From: a virus
Taxonomy: Duplodnaviria; Caudoviricetes
Direction: 5' to 3' (one strand)
IMG/VR virus record: IMGVR_UViG_3300044796_000401
Length of the DNA: 64,000 nucleotides
Positions 36,500 through 45,555 of the stretch are shown in pieces. Each line of letters begins with the position of its first letter. Position 1 is the stretch's first letter. A model generated the notes under the pieces. That model did not search any database and was not told the DNA's origin. It saw only the letters and a program-made list of their open reading frames with translations. The position numbers and the translations under genes were made by a program.

Positions 36500-39400
36500 C
36501 TATTCCTTTAACAATGACGCCTTAAACGGAATTTTGGGCTTCGCATATGTATCTTGAAGTTCGTCTTCATGGGGCTTTCCAAGCATGCTAGTCTGTCGGG
36601 AATCAGAACGAGCCTTTTCCGTGGGCGTCTTCGGGAGTTTGGAAGTTAGGTCACGGACCATCACCGGAAATATCGCACCCGTAATCGGCACCGGCTTGAA
36701 TCCCTGCCCCTTGTACCAGCCGATCAAGTCGAAGCCTTCGCGCTGTTTCCCGGCGGTGTCAACCACAGCCACGACCGCCGTGGCTCCGAGCTTTTTGGCT
36801 TCGGCTATGAAATCATAGAGCAGTGCCTTGCCCAAGCCTTGTCCTCTTTTTTCCTCGCTGACCTCTATCCCCTCCAAGGTGCCGATCTTTTTGTGCTCCT
36901 TCAGCAGACGAGTGAGCTTTGCGATCCCGCGCGTTGCACCCGGCATGAGCATGGCGGCCCATTCACCCAGCTCATCTATCGGAATGACGTTCCCGTAGGC
37001 GTTGCTTTCGCCGTCCCCGACGAGGATATCCGTGTCGGCCTTCTTGCTGAATCCCGCTTGTTTCGATGCGGTCTTGCCCTCAGCCTTCAATGCCTTCCGC
37101 GTGTTGAGCAGGGCTCTCGCCCGCGCGCCGTAGTTCCCGGCGTCGCTTCTAATTGTGGGCTCATACACGCCGTCGATCAGCCAGCCGCCATCCTCGACCT
37201 TGTCGGGAGGAATGCCCATCCTCCGGATGAACGAGATATGCGTATTACGTTCCCAGTCGGGATCGGCGAATATCTGCCCGTCGCTCGTGCGGATGGCGGC
37301 GTATTGCCCTTTTTCGGGAATAAGCCCGGCTTCCGGTATCTCTTCGCCAAGGTCTGGAAATTGCTGCATCACTCTTCCCATGTCGGCCTTCTTGCCGAAT
37401 CCCGCGACCTTGTCGATGCCGTACCGCTGCCCGAACTCTTCCACCCACTGCCGTACTCGGGGCTCGCACGAAGCCATGGACTCGGCATGCTCCGGATTCC
37501 CAAAGAATCCCTTGTCGTGGTAGAACGTCCCGGAGTCCCACAGGTCCGTCAGGTCGATAATGCGATCCGGCGTCTTGAGAAGCTGGTGATCGGCGTTGCC
37601 CCTGATCTGCCCGCCGAACAAAGCCTGGGCGAACAAGGAGGCGAACTTGCATGCGCCTTTTATGTCCATCGGCTCGCCCTCGCGCCCAAGTTCAAGGTGG
37701 CGCTCCGCCCATTTCTCCTTCAGGAAGTCCTTTGCACGGCCGACCCACTCGTCGGTCGCGGGATAGAGCTTGGCGGCTGTCTTGCCGAACAGCGGCTTGT
37801 CATCCGTGTCGCCCATGAACTTCGCCTCGAACTCATCAGGTAGCCACGGTCCCTTGATGGAGTACAAAGTGACGTTCAGTTCCTTTGCCATTTCATCGGC
37901 GGAACGTTGGCCCCCGGCATCGAAAGTCTTGCCATCCTTCTTCACGAAGGCGTGGGTGATCTCATATGGAATCTCGTCGCTCCATTCTTCCCCGTAGTCC
38001 GCCGACAGAATGCATATCTCCCCGCCGTTCTTGCGGGCGAAATCCACCGCCCAGATGCCGCAGCCCTCGACCATGCAATAGTCCTCTTCGCTGGCCTTCT
38101 TCGCGGCCGAGAACTTGCCTTCCTGGAGTTTCTTCAAGTGCAGCTTGTACGCATTTTCTTTGCCCGTCAGGTTGTGGAATACGGGAAGGTTATGCCAGTC
38201 TCTAACACCCTGCGGCGCTTCCGCATCGTAGTAGCGCCCTTCGAATTTGACGAAAGAGTGGGCGGGTTCATCGATGTTCTCCTCCACCCAACTGCCGCCC
38301 ACCTCGAAGTGCTCGGCACCCCTGACCAGCTTCACTAAGTCTTCGGCGAACTCCTGGCAATAGCCGTTGTTGATGCTGTAAGGCGTGTCATCGTACTTTT
38401 TTATGAGTTCCTGGATGACCATGGCGATGTCGGTGCGTGTCGGGCTCGGAGGTGCGTAACCCTCCGAATACACGCTCGGGTCGAAAGCGCCCCAATTCAC
38501 GGGATAGGGGATTCTTTGTCCTTCCTCGTTCGTGACATACTTGGGCGGTTTTTTCGCTGTTTTCTTTGGTTTGGGCTCTTTGAGCTTATCCCGTGTAGCC
38601 TTGCCACCCTCTACGAACCACGCAGCCGCATCGCTCCGATGGCGCAGGATATTAAGAATCTGATCGATGGCAGGATCATTGTCATCGGCGACCTTGTTTA
38701 CCGATGCCGTGCGGACCCAAAACTTTCCCTTTAAGTCACCAACATCCAACTGCTGCTTCTTGAAACCGAAACCACGAGCTAATTGATCGTAATACATGTG
38801 GACTTTTTCGCCCTCGACCGCTTCATCCCTTGTCGCAATGGTCTCCGCGGTGTGGATCGCCACGTTCTTGATGCCGTGCCTGCGGGCAAGCTCAAGCAGG
38901 CTGGCGATGCCGTACTCCGCCCAGTTCTGGAACAAAGCGATGAGCTTGCGCTTGATCCCTTCCAAGCCTTCGAGGTCGTATCCTTCTTGCAGCATCCGCT
39001 GCTTCGCCTGCCGGAAGTTCTGGGCGGTGATGCCCTTCTCCGCCGCCATCCGCCGCACTTTGTCGTTGGCGAGATTCGCCATGAAATCCTCGAAGCTGTC
39101 CGCCTCGATAACGAGCTTCGCCTGCGAGACGGCGTTCACGAGGTCCGATTGAACTTCATCGACCAGCAGCCAGTCATCATCCACAAAGTCCACGCGCAGC
39201 CGGCCCACGGTCTTCCGGGTCGCCGGGTGCCCGCTCATCTCGCTGGACTGCCCGACCATGTCCACCCACTTTGCGAGGACGGGGTCTTGGGCGAGGATGC
39301 GCGAGGCGTCGGCGCTCTGGTTGATCCTCAGCACAAGCTGTTCGGCGTCCCGGTAGGAGGTATCGGGGTCGCGGTACGTGGCGTGCTCAAGCTCGTAGCT

Positions 39401-39664
39401 CCGCTCCTGCGGCTTGAACTCGTCCATCCAGCGTTCCATGTCCTCGGTCGTTATGTGCGGGCGGTTCTGCCGCGCGTCCATCCACACCTTGGGGTACTTC
39501 TGCGCGAATTGTTGAAATCGGCGTTGGAAATCCTGCCACGAGAGCGACCGGATGCGGCTGTCTAGGTATTGCTGGTAGACCCAGCGCACCGCGTCGTATT
39601 CCTTGGCGACCGGGGCACTAAGCTCCTGAAGCTGGGGCACGTCGGCTTTCTTAAGAAGACTCAT
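36500..39664 (-). CDS. Large polyvalent protein (1054 aa): DEVQSD domain, three Cys-His-Asp modules, C-terminal GNAT acetyltransferase
   Basis: LLVDEVQSDL; NGYC..HSFV..YYDAE, EGC..HAFV..FDAG and GAC..HQLL..IDLT modules; EEKRGQGLGKALL...WYKGQGF acetyl-CoA-binding motif. Confidence 0.75.
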   Translation of the reverse strand: MSLLKKADVPQLQELSAPVAKEYDAVRWVYQQYLDSRIRSLSWQDFQRRFQQFAQKYPKVWMDARQNRPHITTEDMERWMDEFKPQERSYELEHATYRDPDTSYRDAEQLVLRINQSADASRILAQDPVLAKWVDMVGQSSEMSGHPATRKTVGRLRVDFVDDDWLLVDEVQSDLVNAVSQAKLVIEADSFEDFMANLANDKVRRMAAEKGITAQNFRQAKQRMLQEGYDLEGLEGIKRKLIALFQNWAEYGIASLLELARRHGIKNVAIHTAETIATRDEAVEGEKVHMYYDQLARGFGFKKQQLDVGDLKGKFWVRTASVNKVADDNDPAIDQILNILRHRSDAAAWFVEGGKATRDKLKEPKPKKTAKKPPKYVTNEEGQRIPYPVNWGAFDPSVYSEGYAPPSPTRTDIAMVIQELIKKYDDTPYSINNGYCQEFAEDLVKLVRGAEHFEVGGSWVEENIDEPAHSFVKFEGRYYDAEAPQGVRDWHNLPVFHNLTGKENAYKLHLKKLQEGKFSAAKKASEEDYCMVEGCGIWAVDFARKNGGEICILSADYGEEWSDEIPYEITHAFVKKDGKTFDAGGQRSADEMAKELNVTLYSIKGPWLPDEFEAKFMGDTDDKPLFGKTAAKLYPATDEWVGRAKDFLKEKWAERHLELGREGEPMDIKGACKFASLFAQALFGGQIRGNADHQLLKTPDRIIDLTDLWDSGTFYHDKGFFGNPEHAESMASCEPRVRQWVEEFGQRYGIDKVAGFGKKADMGRVMQQFPDLGEEIPEAGLIPEKGQYAAIRTSDGQIFADPDWERNTHISFIRRMGIPPDKVEDGGWLIDGVYEPTIRSDAGNYGARARALLNTRKALKAEGKTASKQAGFSKKADTDILVGDGESNAYGNVIPIDELGEWAAMLMPGATRGIAKLTRLLKEHKKIGTLEGIEVSEEKRGQGLGKALLYDFIAEAKKLGATAVVAVVDTAGKQREGFDLIGWYKGQGFKPVPITGAIFPVMVRDLTSKLPKTPTEKARSDSRQTSMLGKPHEDELQDTYAKPKIPFKASLLKE

Positions 39665-39671
39665 AGATCAC

Positions 39672-40916
39672 TCAATAAAGACGGGGAAAGTCGTCCAATG
39701 TAAGGACTTTGAGAGGCTCGTTTCCGTCCTTGTCCCAAAGCTGAACGACCGGAAGCCAACCATGGGATCGGACGGCGAGCAGCTTTTGAAGCAGGGTGCC
39801 GTCGGCCAGTGATTGCGCCAGTGTGTATTCGGACTTGACCTCGATGGCGGTCTGCTTGGATTTGACGCAGAGGTCGGGAAAATACGTGTGCTGATCGCCG
39901 TTCAAGTCCGTCCACGGGAAGGAAATACCGGCGTTGAACAGAAGCTCGTCCTCGGCGAAAGAACGAAGAAGGAAACGGATGGCGCGATCCTCGTAGCCTT
40001 GGTAGTTGACAATGCGGCCGGAAGGGAGGGGCAGTTGGTGGGTATGGTAGAGCGTAGGCTTTACGTTTTTAATCCACCACAAAGCTCGCTCTGGGTCTTT
40101 TCCCGGATGATCAAAACCGTGAATCACCTTGTAGGCGTCTTTGTACTTAGCCCACCATTCTCGTGACCCCAACTCCAATCCATTTTGATTAACTTTCCAC
40201 GTCGCATACTTTTTCATACCAATCTCTTCAACCTGCATGGGGTGTTCGACACCATACTTTTCAAGGTTATTCTTGCGGCGTTTTTCAACCACTTCCTCGG
40301 ATTGAATAGCATGCTCGACGCCGTAGATTTCCTTACTTGTTTCCCTGCGCTTTTTCTGCACAGATGGCAGTTGTGTCCAATGGTCCACGCCATAAGTCTT
40401 TTGGTACTGCTCACGGACCTCATTAAATACACCGGGGATTTGTGGTCCGTGCTCAACGCCGTAACGCTCCATGTTCGTGTCTTTAATCTTTTGGGCTAAC
40501 TCAGGCACATTCACGGCGCTTTTAGCCCCATATTTTTCAACCATCGTGGCTTCGAATCTTTCCTGGCGCTGTTTTTTGAGTTTGGGGTCTTGAAGGCGTT
40601 TTTCATAGCCAGCGACTTGAGCTTCATGATTTGCTTTGGCGGCGACGGGGCACTTGATCAAAGCTGTCCCCTGTCCGCATACGGGGCCGCAAGCTTGAAT
40701 CATGGTGGCGGGAGCGCCGCAACCGTAGCAAATCGAGCCCTCGGGAGCGGCCTTCGAGCACTTGTAGCCGTAGCTGGAACAGCAAAGCAAAAGGGAGTTT
40801 TTCAAGAGGAACTTCGCCGGGCGTTGACGGCAAATTTCGCACAGCGCCTCCGTTTCTATCTTGGCAAATGTGCGTTTAGGTGGAAAGCTGACGAATTTAC
40901 GTTTTGTGATGTCCAT
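39672..40916 (-). CDS. Putative PD-(D/E)xK endonuclease with zinc finger and (E/K)YGV(E/D)H repeats (start MDITKRK at 40916)
   Basis: Repeated KYGVEH units; C-terminal YFPDL......IEVKS motif; own promoter. Confidence 0.7.
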   Translation of the reverse strand: MDITKRKFVSFPPKRTFAKIETEALCEICRQRPAKFLLKNSLLLCCSSYGYKCSKAAPEGSICYGCGAPATMIQACGPVCGQGTALIKCPVAAKANHEAQVAGYEKRLQDPKLKKQRQERFEATMVEKYGAKSAVNVPELAQKIKDTNMERYGVEHGPQIPGVFNEVREQYQKTYGVDHWTQLPSVQKKRRETSKEIYGVEHAIQSEEVVEKRRKNNLEKYGVEHPMQVEEIGMKKYATWKVNQNGLELGSREWWAKYKDAYKVIHGFDHPGKDPERALWWIKNVKPTLYHTHQLPLPSGRIVNYQGYEDRAIRFLLRSFAEDELLFNAGISFPWTDLNGDQHTYFPDLCVKSKQTAIEVKSEYTLAQSLADGTLLQKLLAVRSHGWLPVVQLWDKDGNEPLKVLTLDDFPRLY

Positions 40917-40935
40917 ACTTATGGTCTCTGTAGTT

Positions 40936-40964
40936 ATAATACTGGACGGGGACAATTTTTGCAA
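40936..40964 (-). promoter_or_regulatory. Sigma70-type promoter
   Basis: Minus strand TTGCAA-17 nt-TATTAT, 19 nt before ATG 40916. Confidence 0.6.
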
Positions 40965-41078
40965 ATATCAAATCGGACGCTGCGATGCGGAGTAGTGACA
41001 AGAACGAAACTAAATCAATTTGACCGTTCTCTGACGGTATTGGTGATTTTATGTAAGTTGTTGAAAATGAACTATTTA

Positions 41079-42032
41079 TTATCCGAGTAACCAACGATTT
41101 TGTCTCAAACCCGCACTATAAGGTCTGTTTGCGGTAAGAAGGGGCGCCCACGTGTTGAACTGCTGGTCGAACGTCGAGCCGAGTGTGTGGTACATGCCGG
41201 ACTTGTTAATATCCAAAGATACACCGTTTAGGCTGTACGAAAATTCGTCAGCCGTCCACCTTGCAGACTCGCCGAGCAGGCAGAACGCCGCAGCGCCGAT
41301 CGCGGCGCACTTGCCCCAGTCCATTGGGATGCTGTCGAGCGTCCAGCCCGTGTAGTTCATGGGGTTCCATGTGTTGAGCTTGCCGATGCTGATGTCCAAG
41401 TTGATGAGGATATCCTCGTCCGTCCAGATGAAGCCCACGCGGGTGCTGTACCCGGCAACCACGCGGCCGGGCGTCGGCGGGCGGAAGTGGTAGTTGCGGT
41501 CGGGATTGTCGTCGCGGAGCAGCTTGCGGACATAGCGGATCGCCTTGGCGTACATATCGGGCGAAGTCTGGGCGCTGGCGATGCTCAGGGTCTTGCCTAT
41601 GATCATGCTGGGAGCCTCGAATGCCGGGTCGGCGGGATCGACCGCCTGCACCACGAAGTCCTCGAACACCTGATCCACTGGGGAACTCGGGTACTGCTGG
41701 AGGTACCACGTCAAACGGAAGATTCCGCCCCAAGTTGTCGGAATAGTGATCGGGACGAAGTAAGCCCCTTGCGAGGCGCGCTTGGGAATCTGGTTGGGTT
41801 GGCCGACCAACGCCAGCCCCTCGGGTGGCAGCGGCGGGCCGCCTTGCATATTTTGCGGCTGGTGCAAGTCCCACTCATAGGCTTGAGTCGGCTTCACCGG
41901 GATGGACTGGCTGATCTGGAAGATCGAATAGGTGATATTTTGGGGGTCCAATAAAGCACCACTCGCATCGCGCACAAGAATGGCTAGATTCCCAGCGTTT
42001 AATTGTTGGCCCTGTGTGAAGGTTACGCTCAT
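41079..42032 (-). CDS. Head-tail adaptor (neck)-like protein
   Basis: LRDDNPDRNYHFRPP...WTDEDI...N.WNP...FSYSLNGVSLDINKS pattern; position in the module. Confidence 0.55.
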   Translation of the reverse strand: MSVTFTQGQQLNAGNLAILVRDASGALLDPQNITYSIFQISQSIPVKPTQAYEWDLHQPQNMQGGPPLPPEGLALVGQPNQIPKRASQGAYFVPITIPTTWGGIFRLTWYLQQYPSSPVDQVFEDFVVQAVDPADPAFEAPSMIIGKTLSIASAQTSPDMYAKAIRYVRKLLRDDNPDRNYHFRPPTPGRVVAGYSTRVGFIWTDEDILINLDISIGKLNTWNPMNYTGWTLDSIPMDWGKCAAIGAAAFCLLGESARWTADEFSYSLNGVSLDINKSGMYHTLGSTFDQQFNTWAPLLTANRPYSAGLRQNRWLLG

Positions 42033-42490
42033 ACTGTCCCCGCCTTTCTTTGTACCTGAATCTGTCGCAAGCCCGGACTGAGAACCATCATGTCCCCATA
42101 AGAGAAATAGTTATTCTTGATTCGGTTGCAAACAACGCATGCTACCACAACATTGTTGTTCTCATACCCCTTCAAGTTGTTTTTCCTGTCCAAATTTATG
42201 GACCAATTTTTGTGCTTTAACCCGTTGCGGGGCGTCCACTGAACTTGTACACCGCAGTAATGGCACTCGACGATTTGCGTGAACTTAAAAAATTGTTCAA
42301 AAGTCAAGGAACACGGAACGCCGCGTTTCGCAGCATGGTAGGTAAGGCGGTTATACAACCACTCAAAAGGCCGTCGAAGACACCCGCCGCGACTCCTTTT
42401 ATTCGTTGGATAGCCAAATCTTCCGTACGGATGTTTGGCACGCCTCTCAACCCATAGGCTATGTATTTGCCATAAATTCATCCCTATCAT
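42029..42490 (-). CDS. HNH-family homing endonuclease
   Basis: CHYCG...NLDRKNNLKGYENNNVVVACVVCN. Confidence 0.75.
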   Translation of the reverse strand: MIGMNLWQIHSLWVERRAKHPYGRFGYPTNKRSRGGCLRRPFEWLYNRLTYHAAKRGVPCSLTFEQFFKFTQIVECHYCGVQVQWTPRNGLKHKNWSINLDRKNNLKGYENNNVVVACVVCNRIKNNYFSYGDMMVLSPGLRQIQVQRKAGTV

Positions 42491-42537
42491 AAGGCTCCAA
42501 TAGTTTTCTTAGTCGATGCGGGGGCTTCCGCAGTAGC

Positions 42538-43290
42538 TCACCGTTCGATCTCCAGCTTCTTGATGTTGTTCGCGGCCGGGATTTCGAGCACGAGGCTCCA
42601 CGCGATCAGGCTGTAGCCCAGCAGGTCGCGGGCGGAATCCTGCAAGGGCTCGAAGTTGGGAACGATGTCCTCTTGGGACGCAAGCTGGGTGTACCGGGCG
42701 ATCTTGTCCCACAGCCGGGGCAGCAATCCCACGACCCCATGCCTGCGGAAGCTCTCGCCGTAGTCCTGCGCCTTGCGGCAAAGATTTTCGGCGGCGATCT
42801 CGATCCGGGCCTTGACCATGTCTTCGGATTCGCAAAAGCAGTCCAAGGGAACGTCCGTGACGACGATCCGTTCCCCGATCAGGCAAAGCAGGGCCGCCAT
42901 GTAAACCATGAAGTGCAGCCCCCGCACATACATGTCGAGGAACATCGGCGGCCACTCGGCCAGCGGGGTCTCGGGATTCACCTTCGCCAGCGCTTCCAGG
43001 ATGAAAAATTGGTAGAGCCACTGGAGGGTGATGTTTTCGGCCGTGAGGCGATCCGGGGGAAGGTGCCCGAGGACAACCTCGGGATCGGGTGTGGCATAGG
43101 TCGGAACCCCCGCCAAATGCGCCACACCCCTCAGGCCGCAATGTGCTAATTGGTCTGCGGACTGAAGCAGGGGGCGGGCCTCGGCGGCGTTTATTTGGCC
43201 GGGGAGACCGCTTACGATACGTGGCCAGTCCTCGCCGCGGAGCATGACGGTGCTGCTTATTTCTTGCCAAAACCGGATGTTGTCGTCCAT
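42538..43290 (-). CDS. Protein with C-terminal DUF1599/Nmad1-like all-alpha nucleotide-handling domain
   Basis: RKAQDYGESF...G...RLWDKIARY...LQDS..DLLGYSLI. Confidence 0.7.
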   Translation of the reverse strand: MDDNIRFWQEISSTVMLRGEDWPRIVSGLPGQINAAEARPLLQSADQLAHCGLRGVAHLAGVPTYATPDPEVVLGHLPPDRLTAENITLQWLYQFFILEALAKVNPETPLAEWPPMFLDMYVRGLHFMVYMAALLCLIGERIVVTDVPLDCFCESEDMVKARIEIAAENLCRKAQDYGESFRRHGVVGLLPRLWDKIARYTQLASQEDIVPNFEPLQDSARDLLGYSLIAWSLVLEIPAANNIKKLEIER

Positions 43291-43312
43291 GGATACCTAA
43301 TACTGGAAGGGC

Positions 43313-43531
43313 CTAATGCTTCTCGGGTATGCGGATTCGATTGATGTTGAGGAGCCAGCCGAGGATTTTATGGGCTTTTACTCGGGCAACATGCTCGGAG
43401 ATGCCCAAGTCCCCGTGGTGCATGTCCATCAAGACAGCGGTGAGGTTATCGATGGTCCACTTGCTTTGGTACAATTCCATGATTCGCTCATCAGTGAGCT
43501 TGACTTCTTCTTCAGGAACGGTCATTAGCAT
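43313..43531 (-). CDS. Small hypothetical protein (start MLMTVPEE at 43531)
   Basis: Purine-rich RBS; overlaps the upstream ORF end. Confidence 0.55.
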   Translation of the reverse strand: MLMTVPEEEVKLTDERIMELYQSKWTIDNLTAVLMDMHHGDLGISEHVARVKAHKILGWLLNINRIRIPEKH

Positions 43532-43718
43532 GTCTTCTATCCTTCCCGATTCTGCGCTCGATCTTGTGCTCCTCGCAGCGTTCGCCCCAGACGACGGGCT
43601 TGCCGCAGAGCTTGGTGCCGAAGTTCCCGGCCAGTTCGGAGCCGTAGGTGTTCCAAACCCGCTCATTATCTGCGGCGTTCTCCCGATCAAATACCCATTC
43701 CAGGCATCCTTCGTTCAT
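43512..43718 (-). CDS. Small hypothetical protein whose ATG abuts the IS right end
   Basis: In the reconstructed empty site its ATG overlaps the upstream gene's TGA. Confidence 0.55.
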   Translation of the reverse strand: MNEGCLEWVFDRENAADNERVWNTYGSELAGNFGTKLCGKPVVWGERCEEHKIERRIGKDRRHANDRS

Positions 43719-44961
43719 CTCTTATGTCGCTGCGGATACCCCCAGTTTTAGCTGTGGGGAGGAAGCAGCGACCCTCCATGTATTGAAAGACAAAAACTTC
43801 GTGTCTTCTGGCTTGGCTGACTGCGTGAGCCTCTTGCCAGTTGAGACGTCGTGCAAACTGATACGACCCTTGGTTGCGCCGCCCACGTAGCACAGCCCGA
43901 ACTTCGGATGCCGAACCAACGAACCGCGAGAGAAGCCCTCGCTGCGCGTACCGCCATACGGCTTGCGAATATGCCCCTTGGAGAACTGCAAGCGATGCAA
44001 CTGGCGGCGGTGCAAACGAATTGGCTCGATGACCATCACGTCGGTGTTGTCTGGCTTCGTGTGCCCGCCAACTTCGTCGTTTGCCATTACCCAAGAATCA
44101 ACACAGTGCGCCGAGAAGTCCTCGGACAGTTTGTTCTTGGACTTCTTCAAGCCGTGGGCATCACGAAGTTTCTTCGTTTCCCAGCCCGTGTTGGTGCGAA
44201 GCAAACCCAACTTGCGAAGTTCGTCGTAAAACCACTTCTTGCCAACCTGCAATGGAGAGAACGACTTGTTCCAGCGGCGACCGCCGAAACAATGCGCCTT
44301 GATGTCCTCGACGCGGAAGTGCGTGACTGGAAAAATCTTTGCCAGTACAACAGCGATGCGAAGTTTCCAACCCCAGCGCGCTTTCGTGCTGGGTGGTATT
44401 CGTCCAATAGAACGATTGCAACGGTTTTGGCGGCACGGCGTGTTGCGATTACGGCGACCCCGGCGCATTTGGCGGCGAGTAGTAACCGCATCCTTAACCC
44501 AATCCACGGCGTGCGACTCGATGTTGAGATACGTATGCAATTCGGATTTGACCGTAAAGCCTTCCCGCTTGCTGCCTGGGTCAATGGCAACGACCACGGG
44601 TTGCATCTGTGTATCAGACGGCTGTTGGTTGAGGCGAACGCAGAACACACCCTTCTTGAAGAACGGTGTGGCTTTGCCTGAACGGACCCAGCGTCGTGCT
44701 CTTGCTGGGGTCGTGGGCATCAGCGGTTTTTGTTGCGAATCTACAACTGGTACATATTGCATTAAGCCACCTCTCGGTGTTTGTACTTCCCTTCGCCACT
44801 GACCTGCGGAGAGGTTCGAATTAGGGAAGCGTTCGAACATCCTATTGCCTACCACGGCAGCAGATTCAGTTAACATGGCTAGTCTCGGCTTACGTTGTGC
44901 TTTCGGATGTGGTTAGCACCCTTGGGTACAAGCCCCTAGCTTTAGCTATGGGGTCCTTGAC
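43719..44961 (-). mobile_element. Non-autonomous IS200/IS605-family element carrying omegaRNA and IsrB
   Basis: Left end GTCAAGGACCCCATAGCTAAAGCTAGGGG and right-end hairpin CCCCACAGCTAAAACTGGGGG; no tnpA inside. Confidence 0.85.
43722..44762 (-). CDS. isrB: IsrB (IscB relative lacking HNH), 346 aa, start MQYVPVVD
   Basis: PLMP/RRW N-terminus, RuvC-I IDPGSK, Arg-rich bridge helix, RuvC-II VEDIKA, RuvC-III HCVDSW; no HNH insertion. Confidence 0.85.
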   Translation of the reverse strand: MQYVPVVDSQQKPLMPTTPARARRWVRSGKATPFFKKGVFCVRLNQQPSDTQMQPVVVAIDPGSKREGFTVKSELHTYLNIESHAVDWVKDAVTTRRQMRRGRRNRNTPCRQNRCNRSIGRIPPSTKARWGWKLRIAVVLAKIFPVTHFRVEDIKAHCFGGRRWNKSFSPLQVGKKWFYDELRKLGLLRTNTGWETKKLRDAHGLKKSKNKLSEDFSAHCVDSWVMANDEVGGHTKPDNTDVMVIEPIRLHRRQLHRLQFSKGHIRKPYGGTRSEGFSRGSLVRHPKFGLCYVGGATKGRISLHDVSTGKRLTQSAKPEDTKFLSFNTWRVAASSPQLKLGVSAAT

Positions 44962-44985
44962 TGCTCCTCTGTCTCCCTCCGCATC
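44763..44985 (-). ncRNA. omegaRNA: scaffold 44961 to 44763 plus about 20 nt of 5' guide from the flank
   Basis: About 200 nt structured non-coding leader between the GTCAA left end and the isrB start; the standard OMEGA layout. Exact ends are inferred. Confidence 0.7.
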
Positions 44986-45311
44986 AACAGGTCGAGCCTG
45001 TTGCCCTTTTGAAAAACGACCCACGGATTCCCATTGCTCAGGCCGAGCAAAATCAGCACCCGTGCATCCGGCACAAACCTGGTCTGCCACCCGTAGCTGT
45101 CCGCTATCTTGCGGAGGGCGTCCTGCGTCCGGTCGTCCCACTTGCCGGATGGTGGGCCAGGCATGAAGTCGTGGGAGATCAAGACCTTTTGGATTTCGAC
45201 GATGCGCTGCGGATCGATCTGCTTCTGCCCCGTCATGGGCCTCTTGGGAGCCGCGCAAAGGGGCACAGCAAAGATTAAAAATAAAACGACAAACTTAGCT
45301 GGGCGTTTCAT
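44946..45311 (-). CDS. Secreted peptidoglycan-binding-domain protein
   Basis: Signal peptide; EIQKVL...SGKWDDRTQDALRK....GWQTRFVPDARVLILLGL. The last codons now come from the IS left end. Confidence 0.75.
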   Translation of the reverse strand: MKRPAKFVVLFLIFAVPLCAAPKRPMTGQKQIDPQRIVEIQKVLISHDFMPGPPSGKWDDRTQDALRKIADSYGWQTRFVPDARVLILLGLSNGNPWVVFQKGNRLDLLMRRETEEQSRTP

Positions 45312-45552
45312 ATTTCGTCTTCCATTGGGCCGACAGGGCGTTCATCTCGTCCGGGGTGGCTTTCTTCACGCCGGGGTCTTTCTTGATCCTCTGCTCCGCG
45401 CTCCCGGTCACATCGCAATGGACATACCACGTTCCGGGGTATTGAATCCACGACATCGGTATTTTCTGCGACTTGGCGTACCGCCGTAGCTCCTGCTCCG
45501 AGTCCGCCATCAGGCGGCTGAATTCGTTGTGCAAATCCTGAAGATAGACCAT
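45295..45552 (-). CDS. Hypothetical protein
   Basis: ORF track, operon-like overlaps. Confidence 0.6.
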   Translation of the reverse strand: MVYLQDLHNEFSRLMADSEQELRRYAKSQKIPMSWIQYPGTWYVHCDVTGSAEQRIKKDPGVKKATPDEMNALSAQWKTKYETPS

Positions 45553-45555
45553 GGG

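Noticed and set aside
41090-41105. 16-nt near-match AAC(C/T)AACGATTTTGTC shared with about 11556-11571
   Set aside because: Only two copies, one inside a coding end; plausible by chance in AT-rich sequence.
43722-44876. Calling the RRXRR protein IscB or Cas9, or using the 384-aa start
   Set aside because: No HNH domain and only 346 aa from the RBS-preceded ATG 44762; the upstream in-frame stretch is omegaRNA.
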